Of a stretch of DNA of 64,000 nt, positions 53,792-62,581 are shown piece by piece. The translations under genes and the position numbers were made by a program. The DNA is from Vicinamibacterales bacterium (GTDB taxonomy: Bacteria; Acidobacteriota; Vicinamibacteria; Vicinamibacterales; UBA2999). The DNA lies in contig DATFRP010000196.1 of NCBI GenBank assembly GCA_035263125.1, forward strand, positions 22,551-86,550. Direction: 5' to 3'. The notes under the pieces are model-generated. The model searched no databases, had not been told where the DNA came from, and saw only the letters and a list, made by a program, of their open reading frames with translations. Positions within the stretch are counted from its first letter, which is position 1; each line of letters opens with the position of its first letter.

Positions 53792-53826
53792 TCAGGAATC
53801 AGGAATCAGGAAGCAGGAAGCAGGAA
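53792..53826. repeat. Five tandem heptamers TCAGGAA x3, GCAGGAA x2
   Basis: Read directly. It lies just upstream of the DMT gene start and is followed by the small hairpin gaagcc-cgat-ggcttc (53823-53838). Confidence 0.85.
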
Positions 53827-54137
53827 GCCCGATGGCTTCATTGCCGGCCCACCCCGCCCGCCGGCACGGCCGAGACCGGGGCCACCCCTGCCTGCAGGGG
53901 GAGCGCCTGACCTTCCTGCGCGCGCATCGATGACTCGACCGCTGCGAGCGACGACGCCAGCACACCGGCAAACGCGGCACATGAAAGGGACTTCGTGAAG
54001 GCTCGATTCATACCGGTTTTCCTCACGGCAGCGTTATGAGGCTGGCCCGAGCATTGTAAGGGGGTCGGGAGTCATTCAGGCCTATAATTTCAGGGGTTGC
54101 ATTGAGTCTCGAACACCCTGCTGGAGAGGCATTGGCC

Positions 54138-55553
54138 ATGAGAACGTGCCTGATCGCGGTTGCGGGTTCATTGCTGTGTGCGTCGACGCTGGCCGCAGCG
54201 GATGCGCCGACCTTCTACAAAGACGTCCTGCCGATCCTGCAGGCCAACTGTCAGACGTGCCATCGCCCCGGAGAGGTCGCGCCGATGTCGCTCGTCACCT
54301 ACGAGCAGGCGAGACCATGGGCACGCGCGATCAAAACGGCAACTGCTGCGAGGCAGATGCCTCCGTGGTTCGCCGATCCCGGTTACGGCCATTTTGCGAA
54401 TCAGCGTCGACTGAGCGACGCCGAGATCGCGACGCTGGCGTCGTGGGCAGACGGCGGTGCGCCAGCAGGCGATCCCGGGACGGCTCCACCACCGCTGACA
54501 TTCGAGAGCGGCTGGAACATCAAGCCCGACGTGATCGTGGAGATGCCGAAGGCGTTCGAGCTGCCGGCACGCGGCACGATCAACTACAAGTACATCCTCG
54601 TGAAGACCAACTTCAAAGAGGACATGTGGGTGACCGCCGCTGAAATGCGGCCGGGCGATCCCGCGGTGCTGCACCACGGCAAGGTGTGGGTCCGTCCTCC
54701 TGGATCGACCTGGATGGAGAAGGCGATTCCGGGCGAAGCGTACGAGACCGAAACGCAGAGGGCGATCCTCGGCAAGAACGCGATCGAGGAAGGCAACGAC
54801 ATCCTCGGCAAGTTCAACCCCGGTCTCGGCGCGCAGCGCTTCGATCAGGAAGGCGCCGCGAAGTTCATTCCCAAAGGATCCGATCTCGTGTTCGAGCTGC
54901 ACTACACGACCTCGGGCAAGCCGACGAGCGACGTGTCGAAGGTCGGTTTCGTACTCGCGAAGAACCCGCCGCAGACGCGCTACTACTTCCACGCCGGGCC
55001 GACCGCGCTCAATCTGGCGATTCCGGCCAACGACGGCAAGGCCGAAGTCGTGAGCGAGATCACGTTCGGCGAGAACGCAAAGCTCGTCTACGCACAGCCG
55101 CACATGCATCTGCGCGGCAAGGATTTCGAGCTCCGCGTCGTGACGCCGAATGGAGAGAGCACGACGGTGCTGAAGGGCAACTGGAACTTCGAATGGCAGA
55201 TGGGCTATCAGTACGCCGAGCCGATCTCGCTGCCGAAGGGATCCAAGCTTCGTCTGATCAGCCACTTCGACAACTCGAAGGCCAACCGCTTCAATCCCGA
55301 TCCGGAGACGAAGGTCGTGTGGGGTCCACAGAACTGGGATGAGATGAGCAACTGCTTCATCGGCGTCCTGTTCGATCGCAGCACGTCACCGGACAAGGTG
55401 TTCCTGCGATCGGGGCCGAGCCTGCTGCCGCGCGGCGAGAACGGGCCGACGCTCAGCTCACTCGACAGCATTCGTCCGGACGCGGTCGAGCGTGCCGGCA
55501 ACGCCGGGCCGGGCGACTTCGAGGAGAAGCCGTCGCACAAAGGGGGCAACTGA
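54138..55553 (+). CDS. Secreted cytochrome c (CXXCH) domain fused to a PHM/DBH-like type II copper monooxygenase fold
   Basis: Signal peptide MRTCLIAVAGSLLCASTLAAADA. Heme c motif CQTCH with the downstream methionine context. The copper-ligand pattern is in the expected order: LHHG ... ELHY ... PHMHLRG ... WDEMSNCF (HH, H, HxH, M). Start ATG 54138 is preceded by GGAGAGG. Confidence 0.65.
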   Translation: MRTCLIAVAGSLLCASTLAAADAPTFYKDVLPILQANCQTCHRPGEVAPMSLVTYEQARPWARAIKTATAARQMPPWFADPGYGHFANQRRLSDAEIATLASWADGGAPAGDPGTAPPPLTFESGWNIKPDVIVEMPKAFELPARGTINYKYILVKTNFKEDMWVTAAEMRPGDPAVLHHGKVWVRPPGSTWMEKAIPGEAYETETQRAILGKNAIEEGNDILGKFNPGLGAQRFDQEGAAKFIPKGSDLVFELHYTTSGKPTSDVSKVGFVLAKNPPQTRYYFHAGPTALNLAIPANDGKAEVVSEITFGENAKLVYAQPHMHLRGKDFELRVVTPNGESTTVLKGNWNFEWQMGYQYAEPISLPKGSKLRLISHFDNSKANRFNPDPETKVVWGPQNWDEMSNCFIGVLFDRSTSPDKVFLRSGPSLLPRGENGPTLSSLDSIRPDAVERAGNAGPGDFEEKPSHKGGN

Positions 55554-55587
55554 TCACGCTCTCTTCGTGGGAGCCGCCTCTTTGTGG

Positions 55588-55607
55588 GGGCCGCCTTTAG
55601 GCGGCCC
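55588..55607. repeat. Intergenic copy of the gggccgcc-ttta-ggcggccc hairpin
   Basis: A perfect 8-bp stem, 35 nt after the stop at 55553. Same unit as the two intragenic copies at 51230-51284. Confidence 0.75.
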
Positions 55608-55673
55608 GTTCTTGGGTGTTCGTAAGGGCCGTCCGCCTGCGCTAAACGCCTCGGCGAGTCGGTCCATCGCTTT

Positions 55674-56195
55674 ATGTCCCTACAGGGATACTCGCTCTTC
55701 GACACGCCGATTGGTCGATGCGGCATCGCATGGACTGATCGTGGTGTGGCGGGCGTCCTTCTTCCCGACGCTACCGATGGGGCGCTGCGCGCGCACCTCG
55801 CACGCCGATTTCCTCAGGCGCACGAAGCCACGCCGACGAACGACATCAAGCAGGCCATCAACGCGATCGCAGCGCTGCTCTCGGGTGAGCCGGCCGACCT
55901 GTCGTTCGTGAGGCTCGACATGAATGGCGTCCCTGAATTCAACCAGCGCGTCTATCGAGCGGCGCGTTTGATTCGACCGGGGAGCACTGCGTCGTACGGA
56001 GACATCGCGCGTCAACTCGGCGTCCCTGGATCCGCACGCGCCGTCGGTCAGGCGCTCGGTCGCAATCCGTTTCCGATCATCGTCCCCTGTCATCGCGTGC
56101 TCGCCGCGGACGGGAAGACCGGCGGCTTCTCCGCTCCCGGCGGCACGGCAACGAAGCTTCGATTGCTGGCCGTGGAAGGCGCCCGTCTGCTGTGA
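55674..56195 (+). CDS. ogt: Methylated-DNA--protein-cysteine methyltransferase
   Basis: Active-site PCHRV, and a DNA-binding helix context SYGDIARQLGVPGSARAVGQALGRNPFPIIVPCHRVL. Confidence 0.9.
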   Translation: MSLQGYSLFDTPIGRCGIAWTDRGVAGVLLPDATDGALRAHLARRFPQAHEATPTNDIKQAINAIAALLSGEPADLSFVRLDMNGVPEFNQRVYRAARLIRPGSTASYGDIARQLGVPGSARAVGQALGRNPFPIIVPCHRVLAADGKTGGFSAPGGTATKLRLLAVEGARLL

Positions 56196-56228
56196 GAGCC
56201 TGGCTCAGACGCCAGGCCGCGCTCCTGA

Positions 56229-58976
56229 TCAGCGCGACGCCGCTTTCTTGAAGTCTCCACCTTTCATGAACGTCATCGTCGAGACGTCGAAGAACTTGCG
56301 CAGCGCCGCGGTGATCTGCTGCGACGTCAGCGACTGCACCTTCTTCTCCAGTTCGGCGTCCCAGGCCATCGTCCGGCCGTAGTGCGTTCGGGTGACCAGC
56401 AGGTTGGCCAGACCGCCGTTCTGATCCCGATTGAGCTGCTGCGCCTGCAGCCAGCTGGCCTTCCCTGCGGCGATCTCGGCGTCGCTGAATCCGTCCTTGA
56501 GCAGCGTGGTCATCTCATCTCGGAACGAGGCCTCGACCTTCGCGGCGTTCTCGGGAGCCGAGATCGCGTTCGTGATGAAGGTCGCGTTGTCTTCACCCGG
56601 AGTCACGCCCAGACTCGAGCTGATGCCGTAGCTCAACCCCTCCTTGCCGCGGATGCGCGCAAACAGCCGCGAGTTGATCCCCTGTCCGAGCAGGTAGTTC
56701 GCGAACATCAGCGAGGGGTAATCCGGATTGTCGTCGCTGATGTTGATGTGCATGCCTGCCAGGAAAAACGCGTTGGCCTTGTCCGGCGTCTCGAACTGCT
56801 GATTCACCGGATCGATCCTGCGGTACGGATTCTTGATCTGCGCGTACGCCTTCGGACTCTTCCAGCCGTTGAGCGCGGACGCCGCCTTCAGGATCGCTTC
56901 GGGATCGAAATCGCCGACGACGGCGAGCTCCGCGTTGGACGCGCCATAGAAGCCTGAATGGAACTGCTTGACCTGGTCGAGCGTCACGGCGCGCATGTCG
57001 GCCAGCTGCTCGTCGAACGTCGAGACATGCCGTACGTCGCCCTTCGGATACGGATTCAGATGCGATTGAAACGCCTGCATCGTGACGGAGGTGGGCTCCG
57101 ATTTCTGACTCTCGATGCCCGCGAGTGCCTGTTGCCGGAGCGTCTCGAGCTCCGCGGCCGGGAATGACGGCTCGCGCAGCACTTCGGTTGCGAGCTCGAG
57201 GACCGCAGGGAGATTTGCCGCAATCGTCTCGATCGTCACGGTGGCTCCGCCGGCGCCGCCGCCCACGAACATTCGAGCCTTCAGTCGATCGAGTTCGTCC
57301 TGGATCTGCTGCCGCGTGTGTTTCGTCGTGCCGCGCATCAGCAGCTGCCCGGTCATCTGCGCGACTGCTGACTGTCCGGCCAGCGATTTCTCGTCACCGA
57401 ACGACAGGCGCAGCACCGCCGACACCGTCTCACCGCGCGTCTTCTTGGGCAGGAGCATGGCCTTGGTTCCGCCCGGCAGCGTCACGCGGCGAAGGCGGCC
57501 CTCGATGTTCGCCGGCGACGAGTCGAAGACTTCACCCGCAGACACCGTCGCGCTCCCTTTGAAATCCTTGAAGGTCGCAACCAGGTCGGGGGCGCTGGGA
57601 ATCTCGGCGCGATCCGGCTGCGCAGCGGGCACGAACACGCCCAGCGTGCGATTGGCGGGCTTGAGGTAATAGGTCGCGACCCGCTGCACATCCGCCAGAG
57701 TCGTCTGCTTGATGCGATCGCGGTTGAGGAAGAACAGCCGCCAGTCGCCCATCGAGGCCCAGTTGCTCAATGACAGCGCCATCTGCTCGGAGTTGTTCAA
57801 CTGCAGATCGATCTGCGTGAGCAGCCGATTGCGGACGCGTTCGACTTCCTCACTCGTGAATGGTGTCGTCTTCACCGCGTCGATCGTGGTGAGCAGAGTC
57901 GTTCTCGCGTCATCGAGCGACGACTCTTTCCGTACTTCGGCCAGTACCATGATCATGCCGGCGTCGCGCAACTGCAATCCCTGGCCCGCGATCTGCGACG
58001 CTTTCTTGGTCTCGACGAGCGCCTTGTACAGGCGCCCTGATGGGTTGTCGGTCAGAATCTGCGAGGCCATCTGCAGTGCCTGGTAATCAGGATGTGAGCC
58101 GGCAGGCACGTGATAGCCGACGACGATGTTCTGCACGTCGCCGACGCGCTGGAGCGTGACGGTGCGCTCGCCGTCCTGCGTCGGTTCGGCGGTGTAGATC
58201 GTCGGGAGCGTTCGCTGCGGCTTCGGGATCGGTCCGAAGTACTTCGCAATGAGGCCGAGCGTCTTCGTCTCGTCGATCTTGCCGGCGACCACGAGCAGGG
58301 CGTTGTCGGGCTGATAGTGCCCGCGATAGAACGCCTGCAGCCGATCGATCGGGACGTTCTCGATATCGCTGCGCGATCCGATCGTCGACTTCCCGTAGTT
58401 GTGCCACAGATACGCGGTCGACAGCACCCGTTCATACAGCACGCGGAGCGGTGAGTTCTCCCCCTGTTCGAACTCGTTGCGCACCACGGTCATCTCACTG
58501 TCGAGATCCTTCTTGGCGATGAACGAGTTGACCATCCGGTCCGATTCCAGATCGAGCGCCCACTCGAGGTTGGCGTCGGTGGCTGAAAACGTCTCGAAGT
58601 AGTTCGTCCGCTCGTACGAGGTCGTGCCGTTCGGGCGCGAGCCGTGGTCCTGCAGCTCCTTCGGGATGTTCGTGTGTCTGGTCGATCCCTTGAACACCAT
58701 GTGCTCCAGCAGGTGCGCCATGCCGGTCTCGCCGTAGTTCTCATGCTTGGAACCGACGAGGTACGTGATGTTCACCGTGATCGTCGACTTCGATTGATCG
58801 GGAAACAGCAGCGTGCGGAGTCCGTTGGGCAGCTGGTATTCCGTGATGCCCTCAACGGACGTGATTCGCTGCACGCCCGCCGGCAGCGTCGGCGCTCCCG
58901 CTTGGCCCCACACCCGATTCGGGGACACGCTCACCAGAAGGGCCAGGACCAGCAACGGGAGTCGAAGGAGTTTCAT
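56229..58976 (-). CDS. M16-family (pitrilysin/insulinase-like) zinc peptidase, double-module, secreted
   Basis: Signal peptide MKLLRLPLLVLALLVSVSPNRVWG. Inverted zinc motif HXXEH in GMAHLLEHMVFKGS. At 915 aa it consists of two M16 active/inactive module pairs. Confidence 0.85.
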   Translation of the reverse strand: MKLLRLPLLVLALLVSVSPNRVWGQAGAPTLPAGVQRITSVEGITEYQLPNGLRTLLFPDQSKSTITVNITYLVGSKHENYGETGMAHLLEHMVFKGSTRHTNIPKELQDHGSRPNGTTSYERTNYFETFSATDANLEWALDLESDRMVNSFIAKKDLDSEMTVVRNEFEQGENSPLRVLYERVLSTAYLWHNYGKSTIGSRSDIENVPIDRLQAFYRGHYQPDNALLVVAGKIDETKTLGLIAKYFGPIPKPQRTLPTIYTAEPTQDGERTVTLQRVGDVQNIVVGYHVPAGSHPDYQALQMASQILTDNPSGRLYKALVETKKASQIAGQGLQLRDAGMIMVLAEVRKESSLDDARTTLLTTIDAVKTTPFTSEEVERVRNRLLTQIDLQLNNSEQMALSLSNWASMGDWRLFFLNRDRIKQTTLADVQRVATYYLKPANRTLGVFVPAAQPDRAEIPSAPDLVATFKDFKGSATVSAGEVFDSSPANIEGRLRRVTLPGGTKAMLLPKKTRGETVSAVLRLSFGDEKSLAGQSAVAQMTGQLLMRGTTKHTRQQIQDELDRLKARMFVGGGAGGATVTIETIAANLPAVLELATEVLREPSFPAAELETLRQQALAGIESQKSEPTSVTMQAFQSHLNPYPKGDVRHVSTFDEQLADMRAVTLDQVKQFHSGFYGASNAELAVVGDFDPEAILKAASALNGWKSPKAYAQIKNPYRRIDPVNQQFETPDKANAFFLAGMHINISDDNPDYPSLMFANYLLGQGINSRLFARIRGKEGLSYGISSSLGVTPGEDNATFITNAISAPENAAKVEASFRDEMTTLLKDGFSDAEIAAGKASWLQAQQLNRDQNGGLANLLVTRTHYGRTMAWDAELEKKVQSLTSQQITAALRKFFDVSTMTFMKGGDFKKAASR

Positions 58977-59119
58977 ATCAACCTCGAATCGGTTTCAAAA
59001 GAAATGCGCGAAGGCGCATGGCGTGTTATATACGCCCGCGCCTGGCAAGGGGTCAATCAGCCTCGATGTTGCAGCGATTCCGCGAAGGGGCCGTTTCAAC
59101 GTCGTCGCGATCTGCGCGC

Positions 59120-60493
59120 TCACCTCGCATTTTCGTCAGCGAGCGGCTCGGAGCTCGCGTCGGGGCACCGCGTCACGCGGCCGTCCTTCAGCGTGAAAGC
59201 GACCACCCGGGATTCGCCCGCCGTCGTGTGACAGTCACCGGCGCCCCGTCTCACATCGCCGGACCAATTGTCTCCCTTGATCAGGTGGACCGCCGCCGGA
59301 AAGAGCGTGTCGAACGCGCTTCCAAAGCCAAATCGCACCGACTCGTCGTCGAGGAGCACGATGCGTCCGCGTGGCCCCGTCGTTTCGGTGTGGACGGCCT
59401 TCACGACCGAGGCCGACACATCGGCGGGCACTACCCAGCGCTTGTTGCGCAACCAATGCAGCGGGACGAGCGTAAACGCGGCCACCAGCAATCCCGTCAC
59501 GGCGATACGAAACCGCGACGGGCTGGCGCGCATCGCACACGAAGCGAGCGCGGCCGCAGCGAAGGCGCAGCCGATCGAAGGCGCCAGCGCATACAGGTCT
59601 GAACGATTCGCGGCGAAGGTCGTGAGGGCTATGAATCCGATTGCCCAGAGCGCTCCGAACACGATCGCGCGCCGCTCGAACGGTACGAGGGGGGCGAACG
59701 GACGAGACGCGAAGGTGACGACGAGCCCGGCCACAGCGCTGAAGAGGCCGGCCCGTACCGCGTATTCGCGGGCGTTGTGGAAGAAGTCTCTGAACCCTGA
59801 AACCGCCGGATAGTGCGCAGGAAGATTCGTCGGACCGAAGGCGCCGCTGTTGAGGCGAAGCGGGATGTAAATCGCCAGAGCGGCCCAGAGCGGCCAGAGG
59901 GTAGCGACTGTGGATGCGAGCGTTGCCTCGCGTCGACGGTCCCATACAACAAATATCGTCAGCACCGCGGGCAGCAGCGCCGCCTCTTCCTTGCTGAGCA
60001 GCGCGAGCAGACACAGGACTCCGGCCGTCTTGTAGCGCCGGTGCAGCGCGCAGTCGGCACTCGCCAGCGCGAACACACACAGCATGAGCGCGGTGCGTCC
60101 GCTGATCCACAGCAGCGCCATGCGAGGCGCGTGGATGTCGAGCGCCCAGACGCCGACGGCGAAGAGCGCAGCGGCCGAGGGCAACGCCAGCGTTCGAGCG
60201 AGCCGGAACACCAGGCCTGCCGCAAGCACGAAGAGCGCGAGGTTCGTCAGCGCGTACTTGAACGAGTCCAGGTGCCAGAGCTCGTAGTCGGCGGCAAAGG
60301 TCAGCGAGACCAGCGGCCGATAGAAGCCAGGCTGCTGCGTGAACAGGCGGACCACATCCGACGACGATGCGATTCGACTGGTCACGATCCACGCGAAGTC
60401 GTCGCGGACGAAGCCGTGTCCGAGATCGGGACCGTAGATCGCAGCGAAGGCAGCCACTAGTGCCAGCAGTGCGAGTGGGAGTCGAGATGCCAC
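59120..60493 (-). CDS. Polytopic GT-C-like membrane protein (PMT_2/ArnT-like putative glycosyltransferase)
   Basis: More than 10 predicted TM segments. The first-loop acidic motif GHGFVRDDFAWI resembles the DD/DE loop motif of GT-C mannosyl/arabinosyltransferases. Function not established. Confidence 0.55.
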   Translation of the reverse strand: MASRLPLALLALVAAFAAIYGPDLGHGFVRDDFAWIVTSRIASSSDVVRLFTQQPGFYRPLVSLTFAADYELWHLDSFKYALTNLALFVLAAGLVFRLARTLALPSAAALFAVGVWALDIHAPRMALLWISGRTALMLCVFALASADCALHRRYKTAGVLCLLALLSKEEAALLPAVLTIFVVWDRRREATLASTVATLWPLWAALAIYIPLRLNSGAFGPTNLPAHYPAVSGFRDFFHNAREYAVRAGLFSAVAGLVVTFASRPFAPLVPFERRAIVFGALWAIGFIALTTFAANRSDLYALAPSIGCAFAAAALASCAMRASPSRFRIAVTGLLVAAFTLVPLHWLRNKRWVVPADVSASVVKAVHTETTGPRGRIVLLDDESVRFGFGSAFDTLFPAAVHLIKGDNWSGDVRRGAGDCHTTAGESRVVAFTLKDGRVTRCPDASSEPLADENAR

Positions 60494-60892
60494 GAGAGTC
60501 AGGGTAGATTATCGAGCAACTGCGTGTCGGGGGCGAGGCGAGCGTGACCCGCGAAGAAGCGTATCGCGAAAGAGCATCGATCAGTACTCACCCGAAGTGG
60601 CAGCGACTGGGCGCGCGGGTCTGAAGACACTGCGCATATATTCGCAAGCTGATGACGGGTCGTGAAGTTCTCCGCCGCGGACTGACGACCGGCCGCGGGA
60701 GCGTCGTGCTGAAGTCGAAGATCAAGTGGGGCCAGGTCCTCGTCTGCCAACCGAAGCTTGCGCACAAGCGACGCCCCTGCTTGCCCTTTTCGAGATCTTC
60801 GAGCCAGTAGAGCGATCGTCCATCTAGGACTACGGATAACGGATGGGAGCAAAGGCCCACCGCTTAGGTGCTAGACTGGAAGTTCGACTCGG

Positions 60893-60980
60893 GCCAGAGT
60901 GGCGAAACTGGCAGACGCGCGAGACTCAAAATCTCGTCCATCTCCGATGGGTGTGGGTTCGATTCCCTCCTCTGGCACCA
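60893..60980 (+). tRNA. tRNA-Leu (anticodon CAA), CCA encoded
   Basis: Hand-folded. Acceptor GCCAGAG/CTCTGGC; D arm GCG...CGC; anticodon stem CGAGA/TCTCG with loop CTCAAAA; long variable arm CCATC-tcc-GATGG; T arm GTGGG-TTCGATT-CCCTC (one U:U); discriminator A plus CCA. Confidence 0.9.
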
Positions 60981-60993
60981 ACAACTACGCCGC

Positions 60994-61233
60994 ATGACGT
61001 CAGGCTTCTCCGCGGTTCCACCAGATCGCGCACTGAAGTTCGAGGTCATCCGCCACGAGTTGGACGGCCTTCTGACTGTCTTCGGTAACAAGCTTGAACG
61101 GGAATGGCCGAAGCAGTGGGCTTTCATTGCCGAGTCCAATGGTCTACATGCGTGGCACGGTTCTCCTGACGGAGAACACTTTCAACTCGATTCGGTTTTT
61201 GGCCGCCGACACTCCACAAAACCCCAGCCGTAA
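60994..61233 (+). CDS. Small hypothetical ORF (79 aa) starting 14 nt after the tRNA; possibly the frame-shifted 5' part of the next gene
   Basis: ATG 60994. The first ~48 codons look protein-like (ALKFEVIRHELDGLLTVFGNKLEREWPKQWAFIAES). Beyond about 61140 the +1 frame looks like the coding one instead. Confidence 0.3.
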   Translation: MTSGFSAVPPDRALKFEVIRHELDGLLTVFGNKLEREWPKQWAFIAESNGLHAWHGSPDGEHFQLDSVFGRRHSTKPQP

Positions 61234-61888
61234 ACTTGAGTTCGGGATCAGCGTCCTACCACTGGCGCGAACGATTCTCGACTCCGTCTTCACTGTCGCG
61301 TTTCTGTTTGAAGATCTACCGACGCGTTGGTCGTGGTTCCTGAAGTCTGGTTGGCGTGAGCAGCGCAATGAATTGGAGCGTTACCGAACTGAATACGGGA
61401 CTGATTCGGACTGGACTGACTGGTTGCAGCAGAACCAAGAACTGTTGGATTGGCTGAAGACTGAGGCGCCCATCACGCCTGCGGAGGAAGCTGACGCGAC
61501 GAAGCTGATTCGCTGGTGGCCGAATCCTGGCAAGATGGCGAATCAGGTTACCGACACAAGGCTGCAAGCGGATCTGCGCTACCTGAACGACTGGTTTTAC
61601 AGAGAGATGTCAGCGGCATCTCATCTCTCTTGGACAGGATTCGCGAAGCAAGCAGGTCACTTGCTCAAGGTGCCAGACGCCGAACGCGATGACACTCTGA
61701 AGAAGTACCGTTCTGACGGATTTTTCACCGCTATCACGTTGGTTCTTGCGCTTCTGTCTGAGATCCAGATCGCGTGTCGATTCGAGGACGGGCTCGACGC
61801 ACGACTGAAGTACCTGTGGGGTATCGTCGCCGCCTACTGGGGAGACGCTGATGCGCTGTACAAACGGCGATATGCCGAACTGCTGTAA
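61139..61888 (+). CDS. Hypothetical protein (lower-GC islet cargo gene)
   Basis: A clean ORF (the track starts it at TTG 61094; ATG 61139 is more plausible). It is a helical, Trp-rich, non-membrane protein with visibly lower G+C than its surroundings. I recognise no family with confidence. Confidence 0.6.
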   Translation: MVYMRGTVLLTENTFNSIRFLAADTPQNPSRKLEFGISVLPLARTILDSVFTVAFLFEDLPTRWSWFLKSGWREQRNELERYRTEYGTDSDWTDWLQQNQELLDWLKTEAPITPAEEADATKLIRWWPNPGKMANQVTDTRLQADLRYLNDWFYREMSAASHLSWTGFAKQAGHLLKVPDAERDDTLKKYRSDGFFTAITLVLALLSEIQIACRFEDGLDARLKYLWGIVAAYWGDADALYKRRYAELL

Positions 61889-61906
61889 GAACGCGCGATC
61901 CCCTGC

Positions 61907-62262
61907 CTACAGCAACGCTTTCCGCTGACCGCTTTTCATGTAGAGGGTGCCAAGCATCGCTGCGCTCGTGCCCACGTTTCGCGCGAGCAGCACCAGATTC
62001 GCGTTCGGGTTCTTGAGCATCGTCAGCGTAAACCCCGTCGAGCGAAGTGCCTTGAGAGATTGAGCACCTCGCCGACGTTGTCGTGAGGCAGCTTTGCCGC
62101 TTCGAGTTCGCGCAACGAATAGTCATGACGTTTGATGAAGAACAGATCGTCAGCTTCCAGACCCTTCCGCTCGACGACTCTTCTCGATCTTGGACGTGTA
62201 TATGCGAACGCGGCTCCTACGATCGATACGGCGTGCGGCGCGGATCGACTGGCCCTCGGGTT
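61907..62262 (-). pseudogene. Decayed tyrosine recombinase (integrase) C-terminal fragment, interrupted by a frameshift
   Basis: Hand translation of the minus strand gives ...LEADDLFFIKRHDYSLRELEAAKLPHDNVGEVLNLSRHFARRGLR* (62262-62023). After a frame change it continues TLTMLKNPNANLVLLARNVGTSAAMLGTLYMKSGQRKALL* (62029-61907). The R-H..A ... G.S..M....Y spacing resembles box II and the catalytic Tyr of integrases. The N-terminal about two thirds is missing. Confidence 0.4.
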
Positions 62263-62581
62263 TCAGATCGTGACGTCTTTCACGGCGTCGTGCGGCCGCT
62301 TCGGGTCGTAGCACCAGACGTGACTGCAGCGGTCGCACAGCGGTAGTAGTGGACGCGGGCCCGCCCGCCGTCGCCGCGAGAGAGCTGCCGTCGTGAAAAC
62401 ACCCTGGGCACAGACCCCTTCGCAAGGTAAGGTGGGCAGCCTAACTCTGCGTGGGGACGCACTGTATCAGCGGCAGCCGAAACCGGACGCACCGGCCATC
62501 CGCAGTCCCCGTTCGCGACACCTCAGCGTGCGGAAGTATACTTCGCACACCCAGTCCCTCTTCCGTGACGAGAATGTCGAA

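Noticed and set aside
53792-53826. Tandem repeats considered as a CRISPR array (also 19357-19459 and 1799-2058)
   Set aside because: The repeat units are 7 nt, or are short hairpins, with no unique spacers of 25-40 nt and no cas genes. They are not CRISPR.
53838-54026. 62-aa minus-strand ORF with a signal-peptide-like N-terminus (MRKTGMNRAFTKSLSCAAFAGVLASSLAAVES...)
   Set aside because: It is short with no RBS that I could see, lies in a repeat-rich intergenic region, and its C-terminus is low-complexity Ala/Gly/Pro/Val. It cannot be supported without homologs or expression data.
54083-54088. TATAAT hexamer 50 nt upstream of the cytochrome c/monooxygenase gene
   Set aside because: No acceptable -35 element lies at 16-19 nt spacing (TTGTAA is 23 nt away), and promoter consensus for this lineage is uncertain. 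I left it uncalled.
60868-60993. 5' part of the 121-aa ORF 60868-61233
   Set aside because: This stretch is the tRNA-Leu gene itself. Only the part after ATG 60994 can be considered as a possible CDS.
62552-62569. Candidate attR (cagtccctcttccgtgac) resembling the tRNA 3' end (gattccctcctctggcac)
   Set aside because: Only 12 of 18 positions match, which is within chance expectation for this composition.
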